Shown: in pieces, positions 51,240 to 64,000 of the stretch | Layout of the letters: the number at the start of each line of letters is the position of its first letter | Numbering within the stretch: position 1 is the first letter of the stretch | Source of the DNA: Proteromonas lacertae | Lineage: Eukaryota | Direction of reading: 5' to 3' | Assembly: GCA_002245135.1 (NCBI GenBank) | Contig: NGBS01000326.1 | Span: 1 to 64,000, forward strand | DNA: 64,000 nt | The notes under the pieces: model-generated | Told to the model about the DNA's origin: nothing | What the model saw: only the letters and a program-made list of their open reading frames with translations | Databases searched by the model: none | Made by a program: the position numbers and the translations under genes

Positions 51240-51277
51240 TTTAGAAATAAATCAAACCGTTCAAGCTTTTTAGAAAA

Positions 51278-51977
51278 ATGAAAGGTAGTGAATGGGGTAA
51301 AAGAATGCAATATAGAATTAAAAAACAGAAGGATCAAGATCCATGTATATTTTCATATTGATATAATGTGTTAAATAGCTCATATTGTTTGTCAGAAATG
51401 TTTTCAAGTTGGTCATTGGACCTATCAATGTAAAAATGATGCAGTTTATCTAAAAAGGCCATCAAAAACTGAAGAATTAAAGAATCCAAAAAAGAGAAGA
51501 CGATTAATTGAAGAAAAAGTTCCAGAACCTGCATCTAAAGATGAATCATTAGAAGAGCTTAGAAAGAGAATAATAGAAGAAAGAAGGAGAAAAGAAGAGG
51601 AATCTGAGTCTGGATATGAATCAGAGAGTTCAGTGTCATCATCATCTTCAGGAAGTGGAAGTAGTTCTTCTTCATCATCTTCAGGAGAATCATCAGACTC
51701 AGAATCTTCAGATTCAGAAAATGAAATTACAAAAAAGAAAATAGCAGTCAAAAGACATCGTTCTATTTCACATTCACATTCTAAATCAAAGTCAAATTCA
51801 AAGAAGGATCAAGACATGAAGATTAATAAGAAAACTGAAAAAGTGTTGAAAAAAGCAGAAAAAATGTTGAATGAATCTACATCTTCATCCTCTTCATCCT
51901 CTTCATCATCATCATCATCATCATCTGATAGTAGTTCAAGTAGTAGTAGTAGTAGCTCAAGTTCTGATAGTGATTAA
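51278..51977 (+). CDS. ZCCHC10: Zinc-knuckle (CCHC) Ser-rich protein, ZCCHC10-like
   Basis: CQKCFQVGHWTYQC followed by YLKRPSKT; poly-Ser tail; intron starting at 51345. Confidence 0.75.
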
Positions 51978-52119
51978 TTCAATTTTATCTTTTAGATTAT
52001 TTAAATGAACTGTTTTATTAGTCAATCAAAAAGTAAAGCATATTATATATATTTAAAATAAATTATTATTATTAAAGAAAAATCAATACTATTAAATCTA
52101 ATTAGTAAATCTAATTTTA

Positions 52120-53117
52120 TCATTTACCACAACCATCTAAATTAGTTAATCGTTTATTAGCTAATTTATGACCAAAATATCTCTTACCAGCTTCATAACA
52201 AGATATCATTATTGCACAAGCTGGAATTGCTTTAATCATTCTAGGAATTGCACCTTTAAAAAACCCAGTAAAACCTTCATTATTATAAATATACTTCATT
52301 ACTGTAATAATGGAGATATTATCTGTGGTATTGACTTGTTGGACAGTTTTAATCACATCTAAAGGAGTAGTTATTAATGTGCAAATGCTACCAGATATTC
52401 CACCTGAAAGAACAGTACATTTCATTGTATTTCGATCAATTTTTAAATTCTTTGAAATGAACATAACTAAATTTTCGTAAATTTGCCAATATATTGCTGA
52501 AAATGGAACATCTCTGATCAAAGTACTAGTTAAACCACGATAGAATGTTTTCAAACCTCTTTTTCTACTTTCACTCCAACAACATCGAAATGTTTTAATG
52601 AAATTCTGATTTAAAGTTGCTTGTTGTCTTATTCTAATTACTTCTAATGGAGTTAGCAAGGGTACTTCAATACATCTCGCTAAACCACCACATAGTAGTG
52701 GATATATAGAATAGAGATGTGAATTTGGAGGAATTTTGTTGAAAAATATTTTTTTAAATTGTTCATAGAAAGCGTAATAAATGATGTTGGACGGTATTGA
52801 CATTACACATGTTATACCTAAACCACTCCATAATGCAGTTATTCCTAATTTTGAAACAATTTTGTAGGTTAAATTAAAAGGAAAAGTACATATATGTTTA
52901 ATATGAGCTATGCTATATTTCTAGAACATCATATATAGATATAATGTTATACTTTAAATTGAAGTGTTTTAGTTGTCATCTATGATTATAAAAAATACTC
53001 ATATACTTGCATATGAACTTTTATAACATCTAAAGGTGTTACACATAACGAAGTAATCATCCCTGCAGTACCTGAACAAATTATCAAGTGTTGAAACTGT
53101 AAAAGATCATTATTCAT
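52120..53117 (-). CDS. Mitochondrial carrier, SLC25A39/40 (Mtm1)-like
   Basis: Three Px(D/E)xx(K/R) repeats (PLDVIK, PLEVIR, PLDVIK); RDVPFSAIYW; PACAIMISCYE. Confidence 0.88.
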
Positions 53118-54160
53118 TTGTGCTATTGGGATTAACTTATCCTAATTAATTATAACTCATTAAACAGCTTATATCCTTAAAAACAAAATTCTATTATTCA
53201 AACAAGCATCAAACATATTGGATTTTCAAATCTTTCTAATAAATAAACTAGATTAAATATCATCAAAATGAATAATATATTTTAATCAATTAGGCATAAC
53301 TATATGTAATATAGTGTTACTTCATGTTATATATTTCTTCAATCCATATATTTAAGATAAACAATATATCGTGTGTATGAGTAGTACATGATAAAATAAA
53401 TAGTTAAAATACTAATAGAAGTAGTAATATTCAAGCAATTAATAATTAGAACAGGATAAACAACTACTCTTATATAGTGTATTCAATATTATTAAAACAG
53501 TATCAAGATGGTTGTAATACAAAAATACATATTCTTCAGAGGGTGTAAGAATTTGTTTCTGTTAATAAAGTTCTAGATTTTTCTTTATTTTCTCAAACCG
53601 AAAATCAAACTTTTTTAAAAACCATTTTTGAATTTGGATGAGAACAAATGATAATGTGATTTAATAATATTTAGGTAAATGTTCTCAGCATATTTCGGTT
53701 CATTTTTAAGGTAATTACATATTATAAAGGAGGTTAATTACTGTTATACTGAATTAGTCTAGTATATATAGAAATGTTATTATATCTACTTTAAATTTTG
53801 ATGAAATAGATGGGTCATAATTAAAAATACACTCTTTAAAAAATAGATCTATAATTAGTAATTTGAGTTATGTTCATGTGTTTGAAATTAAACTCTTGTT
53901 CAATACTATAAAAATATACTGATAAATAGAATTTTTAAACACACTTTTAAAAAACACGTTATTTATTTCATCAGTTATACCAATTATTTTGTCATTTCTA
54001 TATTCATCCTTCTATCCGTATAGAGGAACTTTTTAGTTATTTATAAATAACAGTTAACAAGTATATTATTTTCTATTGCCTGTTACTTATTTCTAATGTT
54101 TTTAAATAGATCTCTTAAACCAAATTCTCATATTATCTCAAATTTTTTCACACAAACTAA

Positions 54161-54817
54161 ATGGACAGTGAAACAGGCCAAACTTATGTGCTGTGGATCG
54201 GAGAGATGCTTGAAAGACTAGTTCGTTTGAATCAAAAGGTATTCTAAGTATTGTTCTTATTTTTATAGAATAAAAAGACTAACATTGACAAGAAGTTCGA
54301 TGCTTTGAAAGTGCCGTCAATTTCTGTTACAAATTATCTGGAAAGGTATAAGTTACACCAAAATAAACATTTTTATAGATTAGAAAAATATTTGTACTGC
54401 AGTTATGAATGTTTTGTCATTGCGTTAATCTACATAGATCGAATTATTGAAAGATATGATTTTGTTGTTACTCCTATGAATGTGCATCGTTTGATATTAG
54501 CTTGTATGCGACTATCAACGAAGTTTCATGATGAAGATACCTACGATAACAAATATGTAAGCCAAGTAGGTGGAGTAAAAGTAAATGAATTAAATCGAAT
54601 TGAGATAGAAGCTTTGTTTCTTCTCAGTTTTGATTTATTTGTAAATAGTGAAGATTATGAAAAGTATTATGCATATTTAGGAAAGAAGTGTGGATTTAAT
54701 GATTCTATGTCATCTTTGTCTATAAGTTCGGTTTTGACGTCTTTTTCCAAGGAAAGAGTGTGTAGTGGGATACTCAGTGATCAGGAAGTAGAAATCTCTG
54801 AAAGAATTGAAAATTGA
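54161..54817 (+). CDS. PHO80/P-U-type cyclin
   Basis: PSISVTNYLER, ALIYIDR, NVHRL, KFHDE..YDNKYVSQVGGV..ELNRIE; two short introns. Confidence 0.88.
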
Positions 54818-54979
54818 ATATATTAATTTTTGTAAATATATTTATGTGCAAATCTACGTAAAATTGTATATGTCTATTTCATTGTTTGTTTTAGTGAATT
54901 AAAAAAAGAAAATATAAAAACACAAAATGTAATTTCATAATAATAAATATATACATTCACATTGTGTGTGGTTAGTTAG

Positions 54980-57050
54980 TTACGATAATGGCTGATGTTG
55001 TTGCATTTGTGCCTTTATTGGTGGTGCACTAGCAGCTGGAGCTAATACTCTATTAACAACAAAAGGAACTTTACTTCTAGACTTTACAAGTTCAACAGAT
55101 TCAGCTTTAGATATTTTAAATGGATTAATTACATTTTTCTTATTATTATTATTATTATTTTTCACTTTTATATTGTTATTTTGAGATTTTTTATATGAAA
55201 TATATTCATTCAAATCCATTGAAAATGGTTTAATAAATATTTCAATATTCATCATATTATCATAATCAAATACAATATCATCATTTTGCTGTTTCTGTAT
55301 GATATTCCCTTGATATTTAAACACTGTATTATCCAAATATATATCATTATCCTCGTTCTTTATATCTTCAACTATTTCATTCAATTTCATTCTCTTATGA
55401 TTATAAATAGATAATATCTGATCTTGATTCATACAGTAATATAACAGCTTTTTTATATCTTTATTACAGGTCAATTCTACAGCCAATTGATTCTTCTTAT
55501 TTCTCTTAAATAAATCCAATGTTCCACATAACATCTTATTATCTATAAATAGTGTTGATACCAATAATGAAGTAATATCCCAATTATTTAACATACATGA
55601 CTTATGCAATAATGTATTACCATTTTCATCAACTTCATTTATATCTGCACCATTTATTAATGCATAGTTTAAACCCATAATATTATTCATTTCTATTAAT
55701 CTATGTGTTAAACTAATAGCAGTAGAACCAGAACTACTTGTTGTAGATGTTGTAGATGATGTTGTTGTTGTTGTTGTTTTGATATTACAATGGAAATGAT
55801 CAAAAACACTTAAAGCTAATTTCTTTTGTAGTTCTGTTGGAGCATTTAGGAATAATTCTTCTAACAGTTTTCTCTTTCTCCTATCATCATCATCATCCAT
55901 CATCATCATCATCATCACCTCCACCATCTCCTCTTCTACGCTTAGTTGGACCAGTCTATACATATAGTAATAATATAATTGATGGAATAAGAAAGAAATA
56001 TATATAAATAAATAAATATATATATAATGTATAGATACATCTGTATATTCTAATGGCCTTATAAACAAGTGATCTCTCTTTATTATCGTCTTAAATGTAT
56101 GATGTTCCCAATCATCTGTAATTATATTAGAATATGCCAAGATTTCTTTCTCTTGCTCTTTTTCTATTGGTAATGATGTATTGGTTAAGAATAAAAATTC
56201 CTTTGGAGCTTGTTTAATTTTCATTTCTATATATTGACGAACATAAGCTAATGTATCATCATCTTTCTTAATCTATACATAATATAACATAATGTTGTAT
56301 ATATTTATACTGGTATAACTGCAAATGGAGTTGAATTATTCTCAATGTTCAAATGAATTATATCTTTTCTTACTATAAACCCTGGTGGCATAGATTGTGG
56401 ATGAATCTGTATAACTGTTCGAGAAACTTCTGTTCTTGAAGAATCAAAACCGGAAGGTGCTTCGCTTAATACATTTCCATATGATTCAAAAATTGAACTG
56501 TTATCTGCTAAATTCATGGGTAATTCAGTGTCCATAGTGGTTATAGGCTGTGATATTGCTGAGGTTTGACTGACTTGACCCCTGGATGAGTCTTCATAGT
56601 TGAATGAAGGAAAAGAGAGTTGTTTTCCCATGTTTTGAGATGAAGAAAATGACAAACCTGGATTACCATCTGGGCTATTGAATGTTTGACTCATTGGGTA
56701 AGATTGAGAGCCAGTTATGCTACTGAAGATAACATCTCGCTTTTTTCTATCCAATAAATTTGTTAATTTTATACTGTTCCAATTTATGTCTTTCACAAGG
56801 ATTACACACTAATCGACGTTTATATCTTTCACGAGTACAACATTCACCCTACAAACTATCACAAATATTATACTGGTCGGTGATCACATTCAAAATAACC
56901 AGGACATCTACAATGCTTGCACTGAACACCTGGATCTTTACACAACGGACATTCTTTCGATAAAACATCAATTTCTGGACGATTAGAAACAGGCATCGTA
57001 GGAGGTAATTGTGGAGGAATTTGACCTAGTTGTGGAGGTATATAATTCAT
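54980..57050 (-). CDS. Uncharacterised protein: Cys/His-rich N-terminus, low-complexity middle, ankyrin repeat
   Basis: CPLC..CKHC.C..CDH..CC..CNPC; GADINEVDENGNTLLHKSC ankyrin motif; spliced from ORFs 56868-57050, 56305-56796, 54980-56224. Confidence 0.6.
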
Positions 57051-57445
57051 TATTTAAAAAAAATGAAAGAAAATGAGGCTACATTTAATAGAATACTCAT
57101 ACTAGAAAGTGCCTCCTTACAAAAATTCTATAAAATTAATCAACATGAATAAAAAACAACATAGAAATGTATTGACTATCACACATATGATGCTATATTG
57201 GAATAATTATATTAGAACCACTCTATAATGTGATTCTATATTCTAGACAAATTACAAACAATAATTTTTTAGAAATCGAATGTTTAAAGCATATTTATCT
57301 ATTACTCTCATTTCATTACTCTGTATGATGCAAATTTAAGATTTTGAATGAAGAGATTTGAAATCATGATTTGATCAAACCGCATTTTAAAATAATAATT
57401 CATATCTCTTGATTAACCCTATCATAAATTCAATTATAGTTAAGA

Positions 57446-59342
57446 ATGAACTTTAATGGACAGTACAATATGTCTGACCAGAAACCAAGCTGGAGTCCTG
57501 TAGCACAACAACAATCACCTCTAGTAACATATATTGAATTTATAGAATAGGAATACTATCCTCCAGTTGATCAGACATACATGAATCAAGGTTATTCTGG
57601 ATATTATACTGGTTTTGACCCAAATGTTGTTAAAGATAGTTATGCACCTCCACCAATACCACCACAAGAAATGGCAAGTCCAGTACCTGCATCTTTTTCA
57701 CCAGTTAAAGCAGAATTAAGAGCAACAGCAAAAGAATTTATTCCTAATTCAGGCAAATCAACACCTCGTGCAATAGAATCAATGCCACAACAAAATGATC
57801 CATCGATACAAATAAATAATCAATATTATGTATATATTTAAATAATAATTGTGAAATAGTATGTTAATCCTCCTCAAATGTCAATGCCTATACCTCCGCC
57901 ACTACCACCACCTCCATTGCCTCCAACAGCATTATTACCACAGAGAAGTCCTCATAATGTCATGTTTATGAAGAAAAGTCTTTATGATACTTATCAGCAA
58001 ATGGCATTAGATATGACAATATCAGTTCCTCCAGATTCTGAGATTATTAAAGAAATCCCAAAACAATATAATTCAGTTAGATTATTAGATAATCCAGCTA
58101 CTACTGGATCAACAGGTTCATTTGGTTATATCACAAAAGTTTTTAAAGTATTTTTATTTTTATTTTTTTATATATAATAGGTGGTAAATGTAAATGATGG
58201 AATGATTTATTGTTTAAGAAGAATCGAAAATGTTCGGTTATCTCCTCAAATTATCAACAAGTCAACCAAATTATGGCTACAACAAAACCATCCGTTAATT
58301 ATCCCATTAAGAGAGTCGTTTCTAATGAATAAAGCGTTATTCGTAGTTCATGATTATTATCCATCTGCTAAAACTATTCACGATCGTTATATTGTATATT
58401 ATATTATATTTATAAATAGACTACTCCATTACCTTTATCAGAATCATTTCTTTGGAGTTTTATATTACAAATAACAACAGTTTTATATACATTACATATG
58501 AAGAAAATACCATGTAGATGCATTAATAGTCGTAGAATATTAGAAACATCTCCAATGAAGTATATATATATATATATATATATATAATTGTATTATATTT
58601 ATTTAGATTTCATATATCTGGAATAGGAATTAGTGATATATTATTATACGATTCAAAGAAATCAATTGACGAATTAATTACTGAAGATATCAATTCATTT
58701 GGTAATTTATTAATCCAATTATGTTGTAAAAGTATTCCGAATATTATGAATGAACATTCAATTTCTATTATTTTACCTAATTTATCAATGGTTTATAGTG
58801 AAGATTTGATTAAATTTAGTATATATATATATATATATATATGATTATTAATAGTTAAAGGTTGTTTTGAACCAAATATGACAATATTCCAGTTATATTC
58901 TCAACTACAATATCAATCAATTGTAGAATTATCATTTTCATATGATTATTGTAATAATCTAGATATAGAGTTATTTAGACAATATAATGCAGGTAGACTA
59001 TTTCATATTTTATTACATTTAAATTTGATTAACGAAAGACCTGAATTTAGAGGAGATAAGAGTTGGTGTGAAACAGGTAAAAGATATTTATTGAAGCTAT
59101 TTCGTGATTATTTATTTCATGAAATGGATAAAGATGGAAATTCAATAATTGATTATGGTTTTATTATTGATGTATTATATAAAGTAGATAATGAATGTAA
59201 TGAGAAAATTCCGCTTTCCAGTAGAGATGGTAAATCTTTGTTGATTGTTAGTTATAGTGAGATAAAATGTGCAATAGAAGAATCGATATTTGAATTGGAG
59301 AAGAATCCTCCTATGATGATGAATAATTTATATAATTATTAA
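57446..59342 (+). CDS. PAN3: PAN2-PAN3 deadenylase subunit PAN3
   Basis: PAM2 motif LRATAKEFIP; YCLRRI, VHDYYP pseudokinase; GRLFHIL..INERPEF..WCETGKRYLLKLFRDYLFH. Confidence 0.92.
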
Positions 59343-59984
59343 AATAGAAAATAAATCAAAGAATTTTAGTTTTTTTTTTTTTTACAATCCACAAATTTCT
59401 TTTAAGATAAAATCAAAACAGCAATAAAACATATAAGTAATTTCTTTTCTTAACATTTAATTAGAATTGGTTTAAATTTTCCATTGCAAATCGTGAAAGA
59501 ATTCATTTACTAATTCAATAATATAATTTATAAACTCATATAACACATATACTTCAACTAATCTATTCACAAATTGAAAAATATTCATTCTTATTCTTTA
59601 CCTCTTTCATTAATCCACTCAATTCTATAACCTAAATAATTAACATACTCCACAATAATTTCTTTCTTTTCTTTACACTCTTTTAGCAAATTGTTTCTCT
59701 AAACGCACTTTATAAACATCATCTTCATCTGTAAACTTAACTACTTATTACATCCACAAATTCATTCATTAATCTCTTTCATTCACATTTTAAAATCAAA
59801 ATGAAAATGAAATAGGCTTGATGATAGGTTTGAAAATGTATTTTGAATTAATTCATCAAAACAACATAGAAAGCATTTAAAATCAATTAAAACAAAAAAA
59901 TATGAAAATATGTATAGTATGATAAACATTCACATAATTATTAACAAATAAAAGAATAATAGAGTAAATCAAGTAATAATTGAA

Positions 59985-62900
59985 TTATTTAACATTCCTA
60001 TACTCTTTTGATAACTCTTCCTTTTCTTCTTCTTTTATCCCATCTAATTCTATTACTTCTATGAATGTAAATGTTTCTAAAAATGATTTTAATTCTGATT
60101 TTTCTATATCTTCCTTTAATGTTATTGATAATTCTTTTAAATCTTCAAATATTTCTTTGTTCTCTTTCATTAATCTTAATTCACTTTCATCTAATTCTGT
60201 TATTGATAGATCTGTCAATGGTCTATAATCTTTTAATCTTTCTATTAACATCTTCAATCCTTTTTCACTCATTCCAATATCTATATACAATAGAATACAG
60301 AATTTTAAATACTTGAGATGTTTAATGATGAATATCCGATGAATTTATCTAAATATTTACATATTATCTCTATTCCTTCATCTCCAATTGGATTATTATG
60401 ATATTGAGATATATTTAACATTTTCTGGAAAAGAATCTGTTAATTCTTTTAATCCATTAGAAGTAATCTTGTTATTGGATAAATATAGATATCTTCATAA
60501 TCAATCTGTTTTATTAATGAAATGTGAGAATCATTCACATTTAAATCTATTTCATTACAAATATAAATTATATACTGGAAAAAATAATAGTATTTCATAG
60601 TCTTTTCTTTTCTTTTTAATACAATAATCCAAATAATATTCAAATTCTTCTTTTGTCATTAAGGAACATTTCATTTCTATAAATGGATATTCTTCTTTTT
60701 CTAATGATTTGGAACAAATTGCTTTTAATCCATTTATATTGACATTATTTCCATTTAAATCTATTCTGTTACAATTAGAAAATGAATCTAATCTGTATCA
60801 GACTAATAGTATTACACTTTCATCATCTATTGAGATATTACTGAAATCTAATCTATAATCATCTATTAGCATATGTAGATTGTTTATTAATAGCTTAAAT
60901 CCAGCATTACCAATTGGATTATCTATTAAACAAATATATATAAACTACTATAAATAATACTATTAATATCCAATCTTCCAATATTGTTATTCTCTTTCAT
61001 ATAATTTATCAAATATTCTATTCCATCTGAATCAATATTATTATCACTTATATCCAATCTGATCTTTTTGATTGAATATTCTTTAAACCATCAACTAAAT
61101 ACTTCAATCCAGTTGTAGATAATCCCATTTCTATTGTATACTAAATAATAATTATAATACTTGAACAATCAATTTTATTATTATAATCTATTAATAAATG
61201 TAAATGTGGAGATAATATCTTCATTCCTTCATCTCCTATCTCATTTCCATATAATTTGAAATATTTAAGATTCGGTAATGATGATAGATTGTTTATCAGT
61301 ATTTCTATACTTTTATGTGTTAATTTATTATCTAAATATTAGGAAAATATCAAATTATACAACTCAAATCTAATCCATTTATTTCTTTCAATTCATTTGA
61401 TCTTAATGAAATGAATGTTTTGAAAATATCATCATCTATTTCTGAATTACTCAGATTTAATTCATTGTATTGGTTTATATATTTGACTAATTCAGGAATG
61501 TCTTTATCAATCAGTAATTCTTTACAAACATCACAATATATATTTGGAAATATGGAAAATAAGGCTTTTAATCCTTGAGAATGAATGCTTCTGTTGTATC
61601 TAATATATATTTTCTTAAGATGTGGATATTTATATAACTCTGATGATAATAATATCATACATTCATCATTTAAATTCATCAAATTAAGATTCAATTCATT
61701 ATTTTCGTTGATTAATAAATACAAATATGGAAGTAACAATTTAAATCCTTTCACACCAATTCGATTACCTATTTCAAAAATAACAATATGATTATAAATA
61801 CATGTAAGATGTACATATTTCAATTTCATCAATGGAATTGATTTAACAAATAATTCAATGAAATAGGAAGTAAAATTACAATTGATAAATCTAATGTTTG
61901 TAGATTTGATAATCCAGTCAAATTAGATACAAACAATGACTGACGAATAATTGGTATGTGAATAAAATCTAAATATATCATAATTATTAAAATCATACCA
62001 AAATATCAAAGTTGGATTGATTATTCTCAATATTCTAAAAAAATAGCTCATTCCTTCTTCACATTTACATATACAACTAGAATATACTTGAATAATTTCT
62101 TTATCTAAATAACTACTTTCTATTTCAAATATCATCTCATCTAAATTACATTCTCCATATCTACATTTGTGATGAATTTGAAATTTCAATTTATCATGAA
62201 TTGATTTATCTTCTTTAAATAATTTCATCATCAATAACATTGACAATAATCTCTCGTTTGGTTGACTATTGTAGGATTCTATCAAATTATCTCTAATCAC
62301 TTCTCTTTTTTCACTTTCAATATAATATTTTGATGGATAAACTATTGGAAATTTTATAATTGCATTATCATTATTGAATAATAACTCTTTTCTTTCTTCA
62401 CATATCATTACATTATTATCTTTATCTCTCAATATTTCACTCATTTTTATCATTTCTTTATTCAACTCTTTCAAACTCATTCTATCTTCATTCTTCACTT
62501 TCAACATTCTATATATCATCTCTTTCATTATATAATCATATTCTATATCAATACTATATTTACATTTAAAAATATTGTCTTTTGTTTTAAACATATTATC
62601 ATCTTCATTAAATGGTAATTTCTTACAAATCATTTCATATAAAATACAACCAATTGACCAAATTACACTTCTCTCATTCATTTCTAATCCATTCAACTCT
62701 TCTGGGCTCTTAAAATTCATATCATATATTCTCATATCTTCTTCTTTTCTCAATTCATTCAACAATAAATCACATAACTTTAAAACACCATTCTCTTCAT
62801 ATATCACATTACTACTCTTCAAATTACCAACTACAATCTCATATTCACTAAATACCATTACATCATCACATATTAATCTTGTTATAACACATATTTCATT

Positions 62901-63260
62901 CACAGAAAAGCATTTATTAGGAATCATCTCTTCCAAGTCTCTATTGTAATATTCTCTGCAATATATCATATATTCACCATAATCATTCATATCATACATT
63001 CTATATCGATAAATGAAGGAGGAACAATAATCTGACATAAAGGAGATATTCTCTAACAATTTTAATATTCGCTTCTCTTTTATTTCACATACATTAAACA
63101 CTTTCAACTTTTGAATATCATTTTCATATTCTACAACTAAATCTAACTCATTAACACTCCTATCTATTCTCTCTTTCTCCTAATAAAAATAAATTAATTC
63201 AAATACTTTCATATCATGTGCTAATTTAGCATATAACACTTTATCTATCAAATACAACAT
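59985..63260 (-). pseudogene. Pseudokinase-LRR family, copy 4 (intact kinase part, frameshifts in LRR part)
   Basis: 394-aa ORF 61923-63107 plus LRR exons colinear with copies 1 and 2; several 1-nt indels downstream; flanks match ~13300-13460 and ~16783-16977 inverted. Confidence 0.72.
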
Positions 63261-63446
63261 TTCAAAATATTAAGTCGTTTCATTTATGGAATTTTTTTAT
63301 TTACATACACGGAAATCATTCTAACATATTAATCTTATGTTTAAACACTTAAAAATAACATCATTATTTATGTAATTTATGTAATACATGTAATTTTAAC
63401 TAATTTCTCTAAAATATCATTAATATTACATAAAATAAAAATTAAA

Positions 63447-64000
63447 TTACTTATTATCAACATCAGAATCAGAAAAAAAAACGTCAACTTTACCACCACC
63501 TCCATTCACAGCACCAGCACTTGGACTAATCAATATCTGAGGAGGAGGACTAACTGCATCACCAACTGTATTTGTAGAACCAGGCAAAGGTATCATAATC
63601 TTAGTAGGTCCAGATATAACAGGTCGAATTCTTTTTGAATTAGTTATGGAAGTTTCATTCAAACTCAATCCAGGAACTAACAATCCACCACCTAAGGAAT
63701 AAGTTGTTCTATTAAAACCACTAGTTGAAGATGGTAAAGTTCCTATTTCATTGTAATTATTATTGTTATTACTGTGTCCTGGAATTCTTCCATATGAACT
63801 TACTCTTCTTCGACCATTTCCATTAATCACATTTCCACCTATACTGTTATTTCTCACATTTATATTCAATTGATTAAAACTTGGTAAATCATCAACACCA
63901 GCTGTCTGTTTTCTTGCTGATCTTGCTAAATAAGCAGCTGCAGCATCTTCTCCTCCACCACCTTGAAATACATGACAATGAACACTACTTCTTCGACTTT
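63447..64000 (-). CDS. 3' end of an uncharacterised Gly/Asn/Ser-rich protein (begins beyond the window)
   Basis: Open frame from the window end to TAA at 63447 (..GGGGKVDVFFSDSDVDNK). Confidence 0.7.
   Translation of the reverse strand, partial: SRRSSVHCHVFQGGGGEDAAAAYLARSARKQTAGVDDLPSFNQLNINVRNNSIGGNVINGNGRRRVSSYGRIPGHSNNNNNYNEIGTLPSSTSGFNRTTYSLGGGLLVPGLSLNETSITNSKRIRPVISGPTKIMIPLPGSTNTVGDAVSPPPQILISPSAGAVNGGGGKVDVFFSDSDVDNK

Noticed and set aside
51446..51751. Minus-strand acidic ORF and other short antisense ORFs (e.g. 28712-29158, 40829-41203, 48051-48296, 62575-62949)
   Set aside because: They overlap better-supported genes on the opposite strand and reflect low-complexity codons.
63590..63630. 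CRIB motif (ISGPT) in the terminal gene
   Set aside because: Lacks the downstream F-x-H-x-x-H residues; too short to call.
1..64000. CRISPR arrays, rRNA, tRNA, telomeric repeats, prokaryotic operons
   Set aside because: No regularly spaced repeat-spacer units or GC-rich structured RNA-like segments seen; genes are spliceosomal-intron eukaryotic. A tRNAscan-SE/Infernal run would be needed to exclude small RNAs.

Overview
Very AT-rich, gene-dense eukaryotic DNA with many tiny GT-AG introns (mostly 26-35 nt), tiny intergenic gaps and occasional downstream TGTTTGTT motifs. This fits a Blastocystis/Opalinata-like anaerobic stramenopile (inference). Ordinary housekeeping genes (SLC35A-type sugar transporter, PH-CaMK, ADA3-like, ICT1, TRIP4, CSTF2, ZCCHC10-like, SLC25A39/40-like, PHO80-type cyclin, PAN3) are interleaved with unusual material. 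(1) A single spliced gene joining a seven-transmembrane N-terminus to a type I inositol polyphosphate 4-phosphatase (GPCR-INPP-like), which the ORF track fragments. (2) An intronless gene with three tandem Hsp70 ATPase domains and a lidless substrate-binding remnant. (3) Four copies of a pseudokinase-LRR gene that are recombinant mosaics, with LRR introns at one fixed phase-1 position. (4) A giant type II membrane protein built from about 16 Cys-containing modules. (5) A patchwork of recent inverted and direct segmental duplications with microhomology junctions. No transposase, CRISPR, rRNA or tRNA was recognised. Gene models were spliced by eye, and scattered frameshifts may be assembly errors.
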